DNA of 64,000 bases, taken from contig NIVC01000720.1 in assembly GCA_002269645.1 (NCBI GenBank), forward strand, positions 6,096-70,095, given 5' to 3'. Numbering within the stretch: the first letter of the stretch is position 1; every line of letters starts with the position of its first letter. The DNA is from Macrostomum lignano. Lineage: Eukaryota. Positions 59,152 to 64,000 of the stretch are shown here, piece after piece. The position numbers were made by a program, and so were the translations under genes. The notes under the pieces were generated by a model, which searched no databases, had not been told where the DNA came from, and saw nothing but the letters and a program-made list of their open reading frames with translations.

Positions 59152-61769
59152 ATGTCAGCTGATAAGCAGCACCGGTTAGCCAGCGCTAGCTTGAACAAGC
59201 TGGTTAAACGACTGAAGAAGTACGCGGATTCCGAGTCAACTTCCGGTCTAGTGAGAGCTGTTTGAAATAATTTTATATAAGTAGCTTGACAATAATTAAG
59301 ACGATATTTTTGTATTAAAACCGGTAATCATAGGCTACCATTGCTTTCTAGACATTACCTAAAAGCCGCCGTGATCTCCAATTTGGCGTCATGATATCCA
59401 ATTTGGCGCCATGATCTCCAATTTGGCGTCATGATATCCAATTTGGCGCCATGATCTCTAATTTGGCGCCTTGATATCCAATTTGGCGCCATGATCTCCA
59501 ATTTGGCGTCTTGATCTCTAATTTTGCGCAATGATCTCTAATTTGGCGCCATGATCTCCAATTTGGCGTCATGATATCCAATTTGGCGTCTTGGTCTCTA
59601 ATTTGGCGCCATGATCTCCAATTTGGCGTCATGATATCCAATTTGGCGCCATGATCTCCAATTTGGCGCCATGATCTCTAATTTGGCGCCATGATCCCTA
59701 ATTTGGCGCCATTATATCCAATTTTGCGCAATGATTTCCCATAAGAAAAAGCAATAATGAAATGTCTAACACTGAATTCTCTATTTGACATGTCAGATTT
59801 CCAAGAAAGCAGAGCGCGGCCTCGCCCAGCTGCAGTCGCTGCCGCCCCTGTCGGCAAAGCAGCTGAGCGACTCTGGCCTGCCGGGCATTGTCAACCGCCT
59901 GCGGAAGCGGCTCCGACCGGAGGAACCTGCGGCTCGAACTGCTAGACGCCTCATCAAATCCTGGCGACTCGTCGTGGAGTTTGAGCAGAAGCAACAGCAG
60001 GAGCAGCAAGATCAAGTAAATGATTCCTCAGAACATCGAAGGCCGGCAGAAAAGCTATCAAAGAAAGATTCTGCAACAACAACAGATCGAGGGCCGGCTG
60101 AAAAGCTATCAAAGAAAGATTCTGCAACAACAGATCGAGGGCCGGCAGAAAAGCTAGCAAAGAAAGATTCTGCAACAACAACAGATCGAGTGCCGGCAGA
60201 AAAGCTAGCAAAGAAAGATTCTGCAACAACAGATCGAGTGCCGGCAGAAAAGCTATCAAAGAAAGATTCTGCAACAACAGATCGAGGGCCGGCAGAAAAG
60301 CTAGCAAAGAAAGATTCTGCAACAACAACAGATCGAGGGCCGGCAGAAAAGCTAGCAAAGAAAGATTCTGCAACAACAGATCGAGGGCCGGCAGAAAAGC
60401 TAGCAAAGAAAGATTCTGCAACAACAGATCGAGGGCCGGCAGAAAAGCTAGCAAAGAAAGATTCTGCAACAACAGATCGAGGGCCGGCAGAAAAGCTAGC
60501 AAAGAAAGATTCTGCAACAACAGATCGAGGGCCGGCAGAAAAGCTAGCAAAGAAAGATTCTGCAACAACAGATCGAGGGCCGGCAGAAAAGCTAGCAAAG
60601 AAAGATTCTGCAACAACAGATCGAGGGCCGCCAGAAAAGCTAGCAAAGAAAGATTCTGCAACAACAGATCGAGACCGGACAAATGTGTCCGACACTAATG
60701 GCGGTGGTGCCGACGATGTCTCGTGGACACCGAGCACCACCGATCCCGCCCGGTTGAAGGCCATCGAAATGTTTGAGCAGGCGCTACAGATGGTGAGCAT
60801 GAGTGTTTTGGAGTCTCATGTTTGGAGATTCATGATGATCCCGGTTTCCGATTGTTTGAAGAAGCTTGCTTGCATTGAGAAATGGACCTTGTATAAGACC
60901 AATCGTAGTCGCGAGTTCGAATCTCAACATCAGTTAATATTATTGCAATATAGTCTATATTTTAGTACAGATTTAGTATAGTGGGGTTGTAGCCTAGTGG
61001 TTAGAGCGTCGGACTCACGACTTGAAGGTCGGGGGTTCGATTCCCGATCCCACTGGAACAATTTGTGTCCTTGAGCAAGACACTTAACTCTGCATTGCTT
61101 CAGTTCACCCAGCTGTAAAATGGATGCCAGCATTAGCTGGGGTAATTGAGGGTGTGTGTGTGGCGACCCCCCAGTCCTTGGACTGAACAGCCGTACGCAG
61201 CCTTCAGATGCGCCGCGCAATAGCTGCGGCTGAGCTGTCGGTTGCACATCTGGCCCAATTGGGGCAGGTGTAATCAATTATTATTATTATTTAGTACAGA
61301 ACAATGCCTTGCCTTATAGACGTCATCCAGCGCTGCCGCCGCCCGGCCGCCCCGACGTCTGTCCGCGGAAATCGAGGCCGCGGTCTTCGCCGACGCCGGC
61401 TCGGACACCGGCCGCTACCGGGCCCGCCTGCGCTGCCTGATACAGAATCTGCGCGACCCCAAGAATCCCGGCTTGCGCGCCAGCCTGCTTGACGGCGCCC
61501 TGGCAGCGCCCGACTTCGCCGTGATGACCTCCGAGCAGCTGGCGTCGGCCGAGATGCGGCAGCTTCGACAGCGGCTGGCAGACGAAGCGGCCGCCAGGCT
61601 GAAGTCGGTGGCGTCGGCCAGCTCGGAGCCGGGCAGCAGCCTCTTCACCTGCAAGCGCTGCCGGAAGAAGAACTGCACTTATAACCAGCTGCAGACTCTG
61701 CCGGGGGACGAGCCCATGACCACTTATGTGCTGTGCAACGAGTGCGGCTTCCGGTGGAAGTTTAACTAA
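59152..61769 (+). CDS. Transcription elongation factor TFIIS (TCEA)-like; exons 59152-59250, 59797-60792, 61320-61769
   Basis: N-terminal domain SGLPGIVNRLRK...ARRLIKSWR; central RYRARLRCLIQNLRDPKNPGLR and MTSEQLASAEM; C-terminal Zn ribbon CKRC...QLQTLPGDEPMTTYVLCNECGFRWKF; phase-0 introns. Confidence 0.88.
59370..59735 (+). repeat. 21-bp minisatellite (AATTTGGCGCCATGATCTCCA) in TFIIS intron 1
   Basis: About 17 visible copies. Confidence 0.95.
60040..60672 (+). repeat. Coding 48/51-bp tandem repeat (DRGPAEKLAKKDSATT), about 13 copies
   Basis: In frame within TFIIS exon 2. Confidence 0.95.
60981..61292 (+). mobile_element. tRNA-derived CORE-like SINE in TFIIS intron 2
   Basis: tRNA-like head with A box TAGCCTAGTGG and B box GGTTCGATTCC; body TGTGTCCTTGAGCAAGACACTTAAC...CTGTAAAATGG resembles the MIR/CORE block; (TTA)n tail; TTTAGTACAGA at 60961 and 61290 is a candidate target duplication. 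Confidence 0.8.
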
Positions 61770-61774
61770 AGCTG

Positions 61775-61954
61775 GGCTGTCTGTCTACCTGCCTGTCCGT
61801 TTGTCTTCTGTCTGTCTACCTGCCTGTCCGTTTGTCTTCTGTCTGTACACCTGCCTGTCCGTTTGTCTTCTGTCTGTCTACCTGCCTGTCCGTTTGTCTT
61901 CTGTCTGTACACCTGCCTGTCCGTCTGTCTGTCTGTCTGTACACCTGCCTGTCC

Positions 61955-62005
<51 letters not shown>

Positions 62006-62030
62006 TGTATCTGTCTGTGTCGGTCTGTAT
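61775..62030 (+). repeat. CTGT-based microsatellite/minisatellite
   Basis: Directly visible after the TFIIS stop. Confidence 0.92.
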
Positions 62031-62466
62031 AGTTAATTGATTTTTAATATAACAAATCTATATTGCACTATCTTGTAATCTAACATATTTTGCCTGTTTT
62101 AGAAAACTGCTTTCTCATTCAGATGTCTGCTGTTCCAGCCCTACTCATACTATTAGCCGCTACTGATTCAAACTCCGCAGTAAAGTACACACCGAGTCCC
62201 ATGACTGCAGCCACTGTCAGTTTCAAATTCATTACAGAATATGCGGGGCCAGCATGTTTTTCTGTTAATCTATTGGCCTCCGATAGCCGTCTCTATTCAA
62301 AAGACAACATTGGAAGTATATAAAATGACACTATATAAAAATATATGGAGTACATGCCAGCAGCCGCTTTTAGCTGCCCCCATGATCCGTATTTATTCAC
62401 AAAAATATTGCACAGAAAAATTGGAGTTTGGGCGAAACAAATTATGACAAAATTATGCAAATTTGC

Positions 62467-64000
62467 TCATCGGCCGGCCTTCCTGCGCTGCAGAGCGCGA
62501 CTGAACAACCGCTGCTGAGCCTCTGAGATCGACTGCGACGCCAGCGTTGTCGACTCCGTGTTCGTTGGCTCGGTTGCGAACTGTCCGGAGTCGTCCAGAT
62601 CGCTCGATGCAATGTCGCTCAGCATCTCGTCTTCATCGTCGTGCTCGTCGTCCAGCATCTCAGAGTTCGTCATGCTAGTCGACGTTGTCAGCCTCCCGCT
62701 GCCACCGCGGCGTCTGCTAGCGGCTCCGGCTCCTTGATCCAGCCAGCTCTGGCGCCGATACCGCCGCCGCCGCCGCCGCCTTCTCGAGTCCCCGTCGGCC
62801 GAGGCGTCGACGCTCTGCCGGAGCAGGGCGGCCAGCCGGTCGATGGCGCTGCTGGCGGCCGCGAGGGCCTCGGCGGGTGTCAAAAAGTTTTTGCCAGCGT
62901 GCCGGCGTGCCAGACGGCCTCGCAAGCCTTCGCGAACGCTGAGACTGCTGGCGCTGCTGCAGCTGTGGCTGCGTCTACGACTGCTGCTGCTGCTGAAGCT
63001 GCCGTTGCTTTCGCTGGCAATGCTGCTGTTGCTGTTGCTTCGGCTGCAGCTGCTGGCGCTGCTGCCAGACCAGCAGCAGCCGGGCTCCCGCCTCTGCCGC
63101 CGCCGCTGCTGGCCCATCCGCTCCAGGTTGTTCTGCTGCCGTTGCTGCACCGGCGGTAAGAAGCTGACGCGAACGCCGCTGCTGAGCGCCTTCCGCCTGG
63201 CCGCCGCGGCAGCCAGCCGGTTGCTGGCGTTCTTGGCGTCCTTGGCGTCGGCGCTGAGCGCACTGTCGGCTTTCTTGTCAGTGCTACTTTGGTCCTTGAG
63301 CTTATCCAGCGCCGCCTCATTGTCCTCGTCATAGTCCTCATCTTCCTCCTCATCCTCCTTGTCGTCTTCTTCTTCTTCGTCGTCGTCGTCGTCATCGTCG
63401 TCGTCGTCGTCATCGCCTTTCTTTTTATTCGCCTTCTTGGACTGGTCGTTGCCTGCGATGACGGACTTCTTGCCCTTGCTGCTCTTTCTGCCGTCCGCAA
63501 AGCGTGCTCACCCGAGTTGTCTTGCGCTTGGGTGTCTCAGCCTCCTCCCTGATGGAGCTCTTTCTTATGGTCTTCCTCTTCGGCTTTTCCGTTTCCGAAT
63601 ACACTGAGGTTTTCCGCTTGGACTTTTTTTTCTCCATGCCATCAGTCAGCGAGCTTCTTCTTGTGGTTCTCGCGGTCTCATCCGTCACTGCGGTGTTCGT
63701 AGTGGTTCTGCGAGTCGGCCTGGGCTCGGGCTCGGGCTCGATCACTAGGGGCTGGTAGTAAGAGTCCTGCTGCCCCTGGGTCTCCGGCTCAGACTCCGCG
63801 TCAGTCGGCGGCTCGTACCTGGACGGCGGCCTGGGCTGGATCGACGATTCGCGACGCTGGAACGAGTCAGGGTCCGACTGGATGGACGTCTTTCTGTGCA
63901 GCCGTCGCCGCTGCTCGTGCCGCCGGCGCCAAGCGTTTATTGAATATATGCGCCAGATCTGCGCGATTGCAGCGCTTCTGCAGTCTCCGATCTCCTCCTT
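62467..64000 (-). CDS. Uncharacterised low-complexity Ser/Arg/acidic protein, 5' partial; apparent frame break near 63510
   Basis: One frame is open from 64000 to about 63510 (KEEIGDCRS...KRKTTR). A second open frame runs from about 63505 to the stop at 62467 (KKANKKKGDDDD...RRKAGR). GC-rich, coding-like sequence. Confidence 0.5.

Noticed and set aside
60981-61054. tRNA gene (CAC anticodon-like loop)
   Set aside because: Acceptor and anticodon stems pair poorly and the sequence continues into a SINE core and tail.

Overview
This is eukaryotic (metazoan) genomic DNA, not prokaryotic. It has GC-rich spliced genes with GT-AG introns, most of them filled by a different mini- or microsatellite. 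That style fits a free-living flatworm such as Macrostomum, but this is an inference. Recognisable genes: MEIOB (5' end outside the window), a CAP/SCP secreted protein with an in-frame stop, an achaete-scute bHLH, TM9SF1, SPAG6, a Loxosceles-type sphingomyelinase D/PLD toxin homologue, a MARCH-type RING-CH ligase, DHCR24, glutamate dehydrogenase and a TFIIS paralogue with a repeat-expanded linker. Weaker calls are a possible cystine-knot secreted protein and two unknown ORFs. The 7.6-kb third intron of GDH contains an APE LINE remnant, an Ingi-like LINE pair with a 2A-like DIEQNPGP motif, a broken second PLD copy, an IS630/Tc1 DDE fragment and a spliced THAP mini-gene. The most unusual signal is an 8-bp motif, CCATAGAC/GTCTATGG, counted by eye about 28 times in four tight clusters. 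It sits in the arms of several mutually unrelated long-inverted-repeat modules that carry transposase fragments, and it marks both ends of a module present twice with different neighbours. All gene models and homologies were judged by eye from motifs and splice phase; no database searches were run.
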